A stretch of 64,000 nt of DNA from Cyanophora paradoxa CCMP329 (taxonomy: Eukaryota; Plantae; Glaucophyta), in contig QPMI01000138.1 in the NCBI GenBank assembly GCA_004431415.1, positions 124,001-188,000 on the forward strand. The letters are read 5' to 3'. Within the stretch, counting starts at the first letter, position 1, and every line of letters starts with the position of its first letter. A model generated the notes under the pieces. It saw nothing but the letters and a program-made list of their open reading frames with translations, was not told the DNA's origin and did no database searches. A program made the translations under genes and the position numbers. Below are positions 25,388 through 36,303 of this stretch, piece by piece.

Positions 25388-25579
25388 CCAGCTGTTCAGG
25401 GTTAGGGGTAGGCCGCGCGAACACAAATCATGCGCAGCGTTTTTCCGCTCCAGAACAATCTTTCATATACAGTGCGCTGAATCTGGCCTTTCATTCACGC
25501 TTTTCTTTATTCGGTTAGATCGCAGCGTCTGCATATCAGCCCTTTTCTATTCTTTTCAATCATATATAATCTGTGTCTA

Positions 25580-25716
25580 TCTTTACTACTTCAACCTGCC
25601 GCGCGCGCTGGGCCGGGGTCGTCTGCCCCGTGCATGTTCGTGCCACTACTACTCTTTCATTAGATCCCGATTCCCCCCTTGCACCCCCGGCGCGCCAAAC
25701 GCGGCCGGGCCCCTAG
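25580..25716 (+). mobile_element. Candidate non-autonomous mini-Helitron
   Basis: 5' end A|TCTTTACTAC. 3' GC hairpin cccggcgcg-ccaaa-cgcggccggg followed by CTAG|T. No TSD. Confidence 0.5.
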
Positions 25717-26113
25717 TAGAGTTATGCAAACAGAACAAATTCAAGTTCTAGAACTCGGAAACATTTGGCATTCACAAACAAAGCATTAATATATTGGTTG
25801 TTGCTATGCGCATGCAGACTCTGAGATTTCTTGAAGGCAATTGCAAAGCAGCTAATGATATAATTACAAATGAAACGCCCACGTGCACGTGCACGACATC
25901 GATGCACATGATCATCGATCGAAGCACCTTCCGGCACGGGGCCCGCGCTACCCCCCCCCCCCCCCCCCCCCCCCCCCCTTTGCGGCAGCCCTGATCTCCG
26001 CTCAGATTGACTTGACACCCGCGGCGGCCGTATACCAGCCTTGCGCACGGCGCCCATGCGCCCCTGGGGCCCTGCCGCAGCGCCCCCGGCCCTCCAGCGC
26101 TAGCGAGTAGCGA

Positions 26114-27890
26114 TCAGTCGAGGCGGAGGGCGGCGCGGGCGCGGATCGCCGCGTCGGGGGCCTCTGCTAGAACACCATCCAGCCCCGCCCCCACGTGCTC
26201 CTGCGCCGCCGGGCCCCAGGGGTGTCTGGATTTAAAGTCAACGGGGGGCTGAATGCAACGGGAGCGCACGCGCAGCTCCGCCTCCGGGTCTCCGGCGTAG
26301 GCCGCGTGGGCGGAGGCCGGCTCGGGGCGGTAGCTGTAGCCGTGCACGCGCAGGCCGGCGGCGCGGGCGGCGCGAAGGATCCAGCCGCCCTCGGGGCCGC
26401 CCCGCAGTCCCAGCGCCCGCAGCAGGCGCCAGAGGGGCGGCGCCCAGGCTGCCAGCGCCGGCGGCGGCCGCGTCAGCCAGTCCTGTACGGAAGAGCTCAG
26501 CGACGCGAACCGGATGGGCGGGGGGGCGGGACAGGTTTGGATGCCTTGCGGAGGCCGAGGGCGTGGGCGCAGGGGCGGAGGGCGGCGAGGGCGGCCGGGT
26601 CGGCGAGGCGCGCGGGGGCCGCCGGGTCCTCCTCTTTAAGGAAGAGCACCCCCGCGGGGCGCAGCGGCCAGCCCGCCCTGCGCGTGCGCGGCGGGGCTCA
26701 GAAGGAAGGGGGAGGAGGGGCGGAGGGGGGGGGCAGGAGGGGTACGTGGCGTTGTAGAAGCGGCAGAGCTGCGCGGGGTCGGTGCTCTGGAGGAGGACGG
26801 GTACGGATTCGCTGGGGAGGCCCAGCCGCCGAAGCTCCTGCGGGGGTACATCTACAGCTCAGAAGAGGAACCCAAAGTGGGCCGGGGGTAGGAGGGGTAC
26901 GCGCACGGAGAGGAGGGCGGCCTCGGCGGCGGGGAGGGCGGCGGGGTCCGGGACGGGCTTGAGCTCGGGGAAGAGGCCGACGGGGCGGCCGCGGCGCGCG
27001 GCGGCGGCGGCGGCGGCGGCGGCGACATCGTCGAGGGCGGCGAGGGGCAGGAGGCCGTCGAAACGCGCGGGGCGGCCCGCGACGGGCTGCCGCGCCCGCA
27101 GCGCGCGAAACTCTTCAAGCTTCAGGTCGCTCTGCGGCCCGGCGCGGCGTCGGCGACGGATCAGTACGAGGCGGCGGAGATCCAGGGCTCGAGGAAAGCG
27201 GATGAGAGGATCCGGAGCGCACCACGAACACGCCGGTCACGTTGCGGCGCCAGGGCGGGTGGTAGCGCGTGACCCGGCGCTCGGGAAAGCTGCGCACGCC
27301 CCGCGCGCGGCACCGGCCCCCGTGTCGGCTTCGCCAGGCGCGGCGCGGGGCGCGGCCGGGGGCGGGTCGCGGCGCACAGCGCGTCGGCGTTCGTTGACTC
27401 TGAGACGGTCGGCCGGTTCGTAGAGACAAATGCGCCGTCTGCGACCGGCCCGCGTCAGCGGCGCGGCGCGGCAGGCGGCGCGCGCGGCGGGCGGCGCGGT
27501 GCCCATCCGCGCCGGCGGTGATGAAGAGGTCGGGCTCGAGGAAGTCGGCCCCGAGCAGCGCCGCCAGCCTGCGCGCCGTGAGCGCCTCCGCAGAGCGCCG
27601 CCGCGCTCGCGCGTCGAACGGCGGGCGCGCGCACTCGAAGGCAGCGACGGTGTGCTCTGGAAGGTAGGCCGCGGCGCCGCTGCGACCGCTCGGCGAGATG
27701 ATCAGAGGCATTCGGATCGTGCGCTGATGACGCGCGCGCACCGGTGCGCGGAAACAGCAACGCGGCGGAGGCCGAGCGATGCCGGGAGGCCAGGGTCGAC
27801 CGGGGGCGGTCCGGGGCCCGCCAGCAGCGCGGCCGCGCACGCAGCAACGACGGCGACCGCTGTGGCGAGCCAGGCGGCGCCGGCCCGCAT
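26114..27890 (-). CDS. Secreted glycerophosphodiester phosphodiesterase-like protein (multi-exon)
   Basis: Signal peptide MRAGAAWLATAVAVVAACAAALLAG, then PLIISPSGRSGAAAYLPEHTVAAFE, LGADFLEPDLFIT and the C-terminal GLDGVLAEAPD. Confidence 0.75.
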
Positions 27891-28192
27891 AGGGAAGAAT
27901 GCGAACAGGTTTTCTTGCGTACCCCGCCCGTCTGAACTTCGTCGTAGGCAACTGATCGATATCTGAGAGCTCGAGCGCAGGGAGCGCGGGCCCGGGGCGC
28001 AGGCTGGATCGCTATCGTGGTCCGGTCCGATCACCCTACGTATACCTCCCGCAAATAATAATACTTGAGCTCGACCGTTGGACTGGCTCTCCGCTCTCTA
28101 AATATACAAATCCCCCTTTCCGAGATCCCCGCCCGGGCCAGGGGCCATGCGAATTCGAACGCTGCTTTCACTATACAGCTCTTGGGAGAGGG

Positions 28193-31100
28193 CTAGGACC
28201 GGTCCGCCCAGGCGAGGGCGGGGCTCGGGAGCCTCCCGAAGCTCTGCCCGTAGTACCCGTTGAAGTCCTGCGGGGTACGCGTCGGCGCAGGCGCCTACGC
28301 CCGCGCCCGGAGGGGGGTACAGGGGCGCACGAGGCGGGTGACGAGGGAGGCGAGGTGCGGGTCGGCGCCCTCGCTCGCGGCCGCCTCCGTGAGCGCCTCC
28401 ATCAGAGTCGCCAGCCCCGAGCCGAAGTCCGACTCGAACCTGGCCACCGAGGCCCCGTACTCGCGGCCGCCCGGGCCCGTGACCCGCTGCGGGGCTCGTC
28501 AGGGGGGGACGGCGTTTCTTGTTGGAGGGGGGTACGCGCCCGCGCGAGGTGCTCGGCGACGGCGCGGGCGCGCGCCTCGCGGAGGCGCGCGGGGGGGAGG
28601 AGGCCCGTCGGGTCGGCCGAGGCCCCGGAGCCGGCGCCTGCCCCCGAGCGGCTCGGACAGGGGTACGGATAAAAAGGGGGTACAGTCTCGGCGGACCGGA
28701 GGAGGCGATGGCGAGGCCGCGGGTGAACTCCTCAGTGAACTTGCCGAAGTTGACGCACGTCGCCAGGATCTTCGTCAGCGTCTGCGGGGCGAGGTGAGCT
28801 GGAGGGCCGGCCGGGTCGAGGCAGGGGAGGGGGGGTACCTGGTGGGTGGAGGGGGCGGTGAGCATGCACTGCTTCAGGCACACGTCCAGGAAGTCCTCGT
28901 GGAGCCGCAGGACCTGCCGGGTACGGGGTTCCTTCGGACCGGGGGGGGGGGGGGGGGGGGGGAAAAGGGGGGGGGGGGACCTCGTCGACGCTTCCGACCT
29001 GCGGCGGAACGGGTAAGGAAGGAAGGGGGAAAGGGATGGGAGGGGGTACCGCACCGTGCGGAACTTGGTCTCGAACTCGTGCGCATTCGGCTCGATGACC
29101 TGGGCGAAGAAGGTGTCGGTACCCCCGAGACCGACCGGCTCAGTACCCCCTGCACCTCGTACGTGACGTAGTGGAGGAGCTGGTGCAAGAAGTGGAGCAT
29201 CCGCTGCGGCGAAAGCGGGCGTGAGGGGGGTCCGGGGCGGGCGGCGCAGGCCGCGCCCCGGCGGACCTGGCGGAGGCAGAAGGCGCGGGCGAGCCCAGGG
29301 GTGGGCCCCAGCATCCCGACAATCTCCTGCAACGCCGAGGATTATCAGCGCGGGACAAGCAGGGAGAGGGGAGGGGAGGGGCCGGGTACGCGTGCCTTGG
29401 TGGAGTGGTGGGAGAGCCAGGCGGCGCAGAGGCGCCGCTCGACGTGCTTCGCGTAGAAGATGTGCCGGAAGAGCAGCTGGTACTTCGTCACCGCCTGGGG
29501 GGTACAGGAGAGTCAGAGGCGGGATGGAAGGAGGGAGGGCACAAGGATGCGCGCCTTGCGGGAGACGACGAGGGAGAGGGGCCAGCCGACGCGGTAGTCC
29601 AGCACGAAGCCCTCCACGCCTGTACCCGGGGCGGTTAGGGGGTACGGGGATGGAGAGGGGTATGGGAGGGGAAGCGGGGGTACCCTTGATCTTGGAGGAG
29701 CCGAGGATGGGCTCGGGCTCGGCCTCGAGGGGGGTGGGGCGGGCGGGGGTCGGGGGCATGCCGGGGGCGGCGGGGTGCATCTCGGCGGCCTTGCCGACGC
29801 GGACGAGCTGCTTGATGAGGGTGTAGGAGACGACGGAGCAGCGGAGGTCCTCCTTGAACGGGTCCCCCGCCGACGCCGACGTGTTCAGCGCGATCCCCAG
29901 CAGCGACTCCAGCTTCGAGACCGCCACCTGCGGGGCGCGCGCCTCAAAGAGAGAGGCGGCCGGACTGCAAGAAGCGGTGGCGGGACCTCGTGAGCGGGCT
30001 TGGCGAGCTCGTCCTCGGCGAGGTCCATGAAGTGGACGAGGAAGTCGCCGTGGCCGACGAGGAGGTACCGCCGCAGCGAGCGCAGCCGCGCCAGCAGCTG
30101 GTTCTCCTCCAGCAGCAGGCCCAGCAGCTTCGCGCTCGCGAACCCGTGCGCCCGCTCGATGCGCTCGCCGTACGCGTTCGCCTGCGCCGTGTACGCCAGG
30201 CCCTCCCCCGCGAACGGGCAGTCGATCCGCCGCCCACACTCCGCCACCACGTTCAGGTACTTGCCTGCGGGCGGGGGGGAGGGCTGAGCGGGGCGGGAGG
30301 GAAGGGTACGAGCGAAACGGCGGCGGGTACGTAGGCACCCGTGGTGAGGATCTTCTCGGCGTACTTCTTCAGGAACTCGGGTACGTGCGCCCACTCCAGC
30401 GTGTACCGCTGCTCCCAGTACCTGCGCCGCCCCGGGGCGTCAGAGGGGGGGGTACCGGATTGTTCGCGGGGTACGCGGACTTGTCGTTGAAGTCCTCGCC
30501 GACGTTCTCCTTGCGCAGGCGCTCGTTCTCCTCGATCATGAACTCGCCGTACGGGTCCCGGAACTTCCCCGTGTAGATCCAGCTCTGCGCACGCGTACGC
30601 GTACCCCCCCGCTGAGCTTCCGGGAGGAGCAGGGGCGGGGGTAGAGAAAGCACGCGACCTGCAGCATCTCGAAGTAGGGGGCGGAGGCGCGCTCGAGGAG
30701 GAACGCGAAGAGGTCGCGGGAGGCCTTGTCGCCGCCCGAGGTGGCCGAGAGGGCGTGCAGCGCGTTCAGGAGGGCGCCCCCGGAGACGCCCGGCCGCCGC
30801 GCCTCGCACGCCACCCGGTCAAGAACCTGCTCGCGCGGCGCCCGGTCAGAAGGGCGCAGGGGGAAGGAGCGGTAGGGGGGTACGGGCGGGCCTCCATGGA
30901 CTGCATGGCGGGCTGGACGAAGAACCAGAGCTTCTGGAGGGAGAGGCGCCCCAGGCGGTACTGGTGCTCCAGCTGGGCGACGAGCACGAGGAACTCTTTG
31001 CACAGCGACCGCAGGGCCGCCGAGAGCGCGTTCGCCACTGCGCCGGCCGCCGCCTCAGCTCGCGCGGCCGGGGATGGGGGCGGGGAGGGGGAGCGGGGCA

Positions 31101-31906
31101 CCGAGGCCGGCCTCGTAGCGGGCGCCGTGGTCGGCGTAGGAGGCGACGCGGACGTGCTGGGCGGCCAGGGGCAGCACGCGGCCCACCAGCTCCGCCAGCG
31201 ACACGTCTGACGCCGGCGCGTCAGCGAGGGCGGCCCGGCCGGCGCGGCCGGCGAGGGATGGGTGGGTCCCACCCAGCGTCTTGTCGACCTGCGCCGCGCG
31301 GCTTGAGCGGGGCTCGGGGGGGAAGGAGGTGTCGAGGGGGGTACGGCACCTTGAACGAGACGTCGCGGTGTCCCTCGCGCGTCGTCGTCGGCACGATCCC
31401 AATGTACTTCCCCTCGATGCCCTGGAGGGGGCGTCGGGAACGAAGCGGGGCGGGGTACCGAAAGGGAGGGGGGGTAGAGCACCATCATGACGTAGAGCAG
31501 GTCGTCCATGATGGCGAGCTCCTGCAGCTCAGATCAGGTGAGGCGCCCAGAAGCGTTCAGAGGCCCGGGGGCGAGGGCGCGCCTGCATGTGGTAGGGGAG
31601 GGCGTGAAGGGAGGGCCCCTGCTGCTTCCGGGGGGGCGAGGCGGCGGAGGGGCCGGCGGGGTACAGGCTGGGCGAGCTCATCGCGAGCTCCGCCGCGCTC
31701 TTGTCCGACTTGTCGACGACGGGGAAGGAGGAGAGGTAGGGGCGGGTGCGCGTCCACTCGGGGAACGCCGGCGTGTTCCCTGCGCGAGGGCCTCCCTTAG
31801 GGGGGTACGGGGCGGAGGGGGCGGGAAGGGGGCACCTCTCCGGCGGCCCTTCCCCGCGGGGCCGGAGGCGGCGCCCTGGGGCGTGCGGAGGCCGGCCTGG
31901 CCGGGC

Positions 31907-31940
<34 letters not shown>

Positions 31941-32954
31941 AGGGGCCGGAGGAGGCGACGGAGGCGGCGGCGGCGGCGGTCACCGCGTCCAGCTTCTTCT
32001 TGAAGTCCGGAGAGACGACCGCAGAGGAGGAGCCGCCGCCGTCGCCCGCCGCCGTCGCCGGCGCCGAGCGCGTGGACACCGGCGTGCGGAACATCTGCGG
32101 GGGCGGCGGCCGCCGCCTCAGCGGCGCGCAGCGCGCAGCGCGCAGGGAGCGGGCGCACGTCGCCGTCGTTGCCGTTGACGGCGGAGCCGACGACGGTGGC
32201 GGCGAAGGAGGTGTCTGCGGGGAGCGGGCGGGCGGCGGGGCGCTGCGGGGTGCCGGCGGCGGAGGGGGCGGCGGTGGAGGGGTAGGAAGGGGCGGCGGAG
32301 GCGGCTTCGGGGGATGCGGCTTCTAGGGAGAAGGCGCCGCGTGGGGGCATGACCGGCGTGGCGGCGGCTGAGGGCCGGCTGGGCGCCGGGGAGGCGGCGG
32401 GCGTGGCCGACGGGCGCGGCGGGCCCGTGCCGGGCGGGAGCGGCGCCGCGGACGAGCAGAGCAGGGACTGCAGCCCCGGGTCCTCCCGGACCTTCGCCAC
32501 GACCGCCAGGATGCGGTCCAGCTCCGGGAACCTGCGCCGCCGTCGGGAGCGCCGCAGGCGCGAGGCCGGAAGCGGCGCACTGCTGCGAGTTCTTGAGCTC
32601 CTCGTACTTCGCATTGAACAGCGAAGGGGCCTGCGCGAGGCTGAGCAGCTTCCGCTTCGTTTGTGCGGCGCTGGCCTACGGGCGACGTGCGTCAGCGGCC
32701 AGAGCGGGGCCGCAGGAAAGCGGCGCCACACCTTCGTCACCGCGAAGTCCGAGACCTGCGGAAAGCGCGGGCGGAGCGTCAGCGAGCTGCGGCTGCGAGA
32801 GAACGAGGTGGCGGGAGGAGCGCCATCCGCGCCGACTAGCTAAGCGCACGTTCTCGAGGAGCTGCCGTGCGTACTCCTCCGCCGGTGCGCCCTCCAGCTC
32901 CAGGTCGTGCAGGAGGCCGGCAACGACCGAGGAGATTTGAATCGCAGGGTCCAT
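28193..32954 (-). CDS. TUBGCP2: Gamma-tubulin complex component 2 (Spc97/GCP2), multi-exon
   Basis: QELAIMDDLLYVMM, LSLQKLWFFVQP, GGALLN, SAPYFEML, WIYTG.F.DPYGEFMI, LLARLRSLRRYLLVGHGDFLVHFMD, YQLLFRH, VIEPN, H.DFLD.CLK.CML, DFNGYY. Stop at 28193. Confidence 0.92.
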
Positions 32955-33060
32955 CGCGCGGTCCCCTGGCGCTCCCGACCGTCGACAGGCCCTCAGCGGG
33001 CGAACTCGGCCGACTGGCTGCTTCGCCTCGACAAGCTGGCTTGAACTGACGGGTACACAA

Positions 33061-34552
33061 ATGTCGGACCCGACGCCCCCGAAGTCGCTGAACGAGGTCA
33101 TCGCCGGCGTCGAGAAGCGGCTTTACACGCTGCTAATCAGCGTCGCGTCCGCATGCGCCGAGATCTCTGCCAAGCTGCACGGCGCCGGCGATGTGGGCGC
33201 CGTCGGCACGAGTAACAAGTTCGGCGACGCGCAGCTCGGTATAGACGTGCTTGCCGACAACGTCTTCTTCAAGCACCTCAAGCGCAGCTGCGTCGTGTCC
33301 TGCGCGTCGAGCGAGGAGAAGGCGGAGGAGCACAAGCTCGGCGGCCAAGGTTACAGCGTCGCCTTCGACCCGGTGCGCTCGCCCCAGTCGCGTACGCGCG
33401 CGGGGCGCGCCGCTCGGCAGGCGCGCTGACGCCCCCTCCGCGTGCTGGCAGCTCGACGGGAGCTCGGTGGTGGACGCGAGCTGGGCGGTCGGCACCATCT
33501 TCGGCATCTGGCCGGGCGACGGCCTCTTCGGGCGCCTCGCCGGCGACCAGGTCGCCGCGGGGTGCGCTCGAGCTCGCCCGGGCCCCGGGCCCTGCCGCGC
33601 GGCTCCGCTCTCTTCTGATCGCCCCGTTGCGCCTGGCCCGCCAGCTACGCCATCTACGGTCCGCGAAGACCGTCGAAGAAGCGAGACCGCGCGCCGCCGC
33701 CTCTGACGGGCGCGGCGGGCGCGGGCGTGCGCAGGGAGCAGGACGGTGCTCGTGCTGACGGCGGAGGGCCTGCCCGGCGTGGCGGAGTTCGTGATGGGCC
33801 CCGGAGGAGCCTGGACGCTCTCCCGCGAGAATATGCGCGTCGCGGAGGGCAAGGTCTTCGCCCCCGCCAACCTCCGGGCCTCCGCGGAGAACCCGGGGTA
33901 CAGGACACTCATCCAGCGCTTCCTCGACGAGCGGTGCGCCCTGTACCCCCCTTGCGCCAGTTTCCCCACCCCGCCTGAGACCCGAGCGCCGGCCAGGTAC
34001 ACCCTCCGCTACACCGGCGCCATGGTACCCCGCCCTGAATCGCGTATCCTCCCAACCGCCCCACCGGGATTCGACCCCGCGCCCTGCAGGTCCCCGACGT
34101 TCACCACATCCTCGTCAAGGGCAAGGGCGTCTTCACCTAGTGCGCGCACCCCCGCCCGCGTACCCCCCGGCCCCTCTTTTCATGAGGCGTACCCCCAGCG
34201 CGTGCTCGGCGAAGGATCCCCCGAAGCTGCGGCTGCTGTACGAGTGCGCCCCCCTCGCGAAGGTGATGTGTACCCCGGTCCTCCGCCGCTGCGGCCGCGG
34301 ATCATCGGATGCGAGACGGCGTTCCCCGCGCAGGTCATGGAGGCGGCGGGCGGGGCGAGCTCCGACGGCGCCGGCTCCCTGCTCCGGCTCCAGGCGAGCT
34401 AAGAACCGCCTTCCAACCTCGCGCGCCGACGCCTAAGCCGCGGCGGCCGCGGGCAGATCGCGGGGGCGGGGCACAAGGTGCCGGTCTGCCTGGGCTCGCG
34501 GGACGAGGTCCGCCGCTTTGAGGAGGCCGTCGGCGCCTTCCCCGCGCCCTAG
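33061..34552 (+). CDS. SBP: Sedoheptulose-1,7-bisphosphatase-like (FBPase class I family), no transit peptide
   Basis: [19 protein letters not shown]|[53 protein letters not shown]. The GTIFGxWPGD and YTLRYTG motifs are SBPase-type. Confidence 0.85.
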
Positions 34553-34731
34553 GCCCCGCCCGCCCCTCGACGGAACGCGTCCCTTGTTTCTGAAAGATAA
34601 TAATGCGCTTGGAGCGACCCCCTTGCCCGGGCCTCACCCAATCCCATGCGTTGGCCCATTCTACTTTGTCTTTGACGTTCTCAGAGCTTTGGGCGTTCTC
34701 TCAGAGCACATCGGAGGCACTGGAGGCCCCG

Positions 34732-35940
34732 TCAGCAGCGGTTCTCGAAGCCGGGGTATGGCTCGAACTTGACGCCTAGGGCCTCCTCCAGCTCCTGGTC
34801 GGGCCGCGGCGTCGGCGTCGGCGGGGGGAGGAACAAAGCGACGGTTTTTGAGAGACGAGGCGCGAATTCGAAGCGGGGCGCACGGCCTGGCGGGCGGGCG
34901 GGTCCAGCAGGGCCGCCCGCACGCGGCGCAGGCGCCCGCGCATGCGCAGGGCGGCGGCGGCGTCGTCGGGGAAGGGGAGGGGCAGCCGCCCGTACACCGC
35001 CAGCTCCCGCAGGCCCCGCATCTCCCCCGCGACTCGCTGCGCTCGGGTCAGCTGCAGTCGGCCCGAGGGCGGGCGCTGAGTCGCTCCGCACGGAGAGGAA
35101 GGGGGCGGGGCAGGAAAGGCCCAGCGCGGGTCGCCCTCGATTGGGGCGCGTAGGTCGAGCCTCCGCACGGCGCCCCAGCAGGCGAGGGACTTGCCCGCCA
35201 GCGCGCCGAAGCTCCTCGCGTCCAGCGCGAGCCTCACGTCCTGCGCCGAAAACTTTCGATCGCACGCGGAGTCGGAGGCGGAGGGGCGGGGCGGGCTCGG
35301 GCCTGGAGGGCGTCGAAGTGGGCGAGGGCCTCGGCGAGGGCGGCGGAGGCGGCGGGGCCCTCCTCGAGCTGGCAGGCCTCGAGTTCGAGGCAGCGGAGGC
35401 GGGGCCCGAGGCGGAGCAGGCGGAAGGGGTCGAGCACGGCCCCCACGGAGAGCTGGAGGCCTAGGGCCTTCAGGCGGGCGAGGGGCAGCGCTGCTGCCGG
35501 CGTAAGAGCCGATCGCGAGCGGGGAGGGCAGAGCGGAGGCGGGCGGACGGACATCGGAGGGAGGTGAGGGCGGCGAGGGGGCGCAGGTCGAGGGCGGGGC
35601 CGGCGATGCCGTCGAGGGCGAGGTGCTCGAGCCGTTCGAGGCCGGCGAGCGGCCCCAGGTCCGACAGGCTCGAGAAGCCGAGCTTCAGGCTCAGCGCTGC
35701 GTGCGCGAGTGAGAACGAAGGGGTGGGGGTGGGGGTGGGGGTGGGGGGTGGGGGTGGGCGGGCTTCCATCGGAGGGAAGAGAGATTGGCTAGGCGGCGGA
35801 GGGAGTCCGGGTGCAACGGCTCGCCCCCTATGCGGAACTCGAGGAGCAGCCGCTGGAGCCCCGGGCACGCCTCGAGCTCCGCGAGGACGGCCGGGGCGTC
35901 CCCGGCCCGTCGACAGTTGGGGTACGCATTCACTTGCAAG
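34732..35940 (-). CDS. Leucine-rich-repeat protein (multi-exon, 5' end uncertain)
   Basis: LxxLxLxx repeats: LSDLGPLAGLERLEHLALDG, LRPLAALTSLR, LRCLELEAC, VRRLDL, LRELAV. Confidence 0.6.
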
Positions 35941-36303
35941 ATTAAAACGATTACTCTCTGGCCAAATATTAATGCATATGCATGGACAGGCAGGTCCGGC
36001 CAGCTGCAGGCAGGAAACTTTTATAACTATATGAAGGGGAAGGCAAGCTTGCAATTGAAGGGAGGGACTCCGGGAGGGAGGGATCGGGCCCGGGTGCTGC
36101 GGGTGCCATGCTGCGCGCGGTCTGGCACCGTTTGAAACACTATCTTTGTACATGTACCTATAGCATTCTGGTTCGATTGCAATCAGCTAAAGTTCTGCGA
36201 CGCGACTATAGGCTCGAGCAATTGCAACTCTGCAAGGCGGACAGGGAAGTGGGAAGAGAGGGATCGATGGCTGCGGGTTTGCGGTGAGAGAGGTGCCGAG
36301 CGC

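Noticed and set aside
25950-25980. Long poly-C/poly-G tracts (also about 24290, 28940, 48380)
   Set aside because: Low-complexity homopolymers of unreliable length, with no further structure visible.
34136-34142. Apparent in-frame TAG in SBP suggesting stop-codon reassignment
   Set aside because: An intron splits the codon (TA|gtgcgc...ag|C = Tyr).
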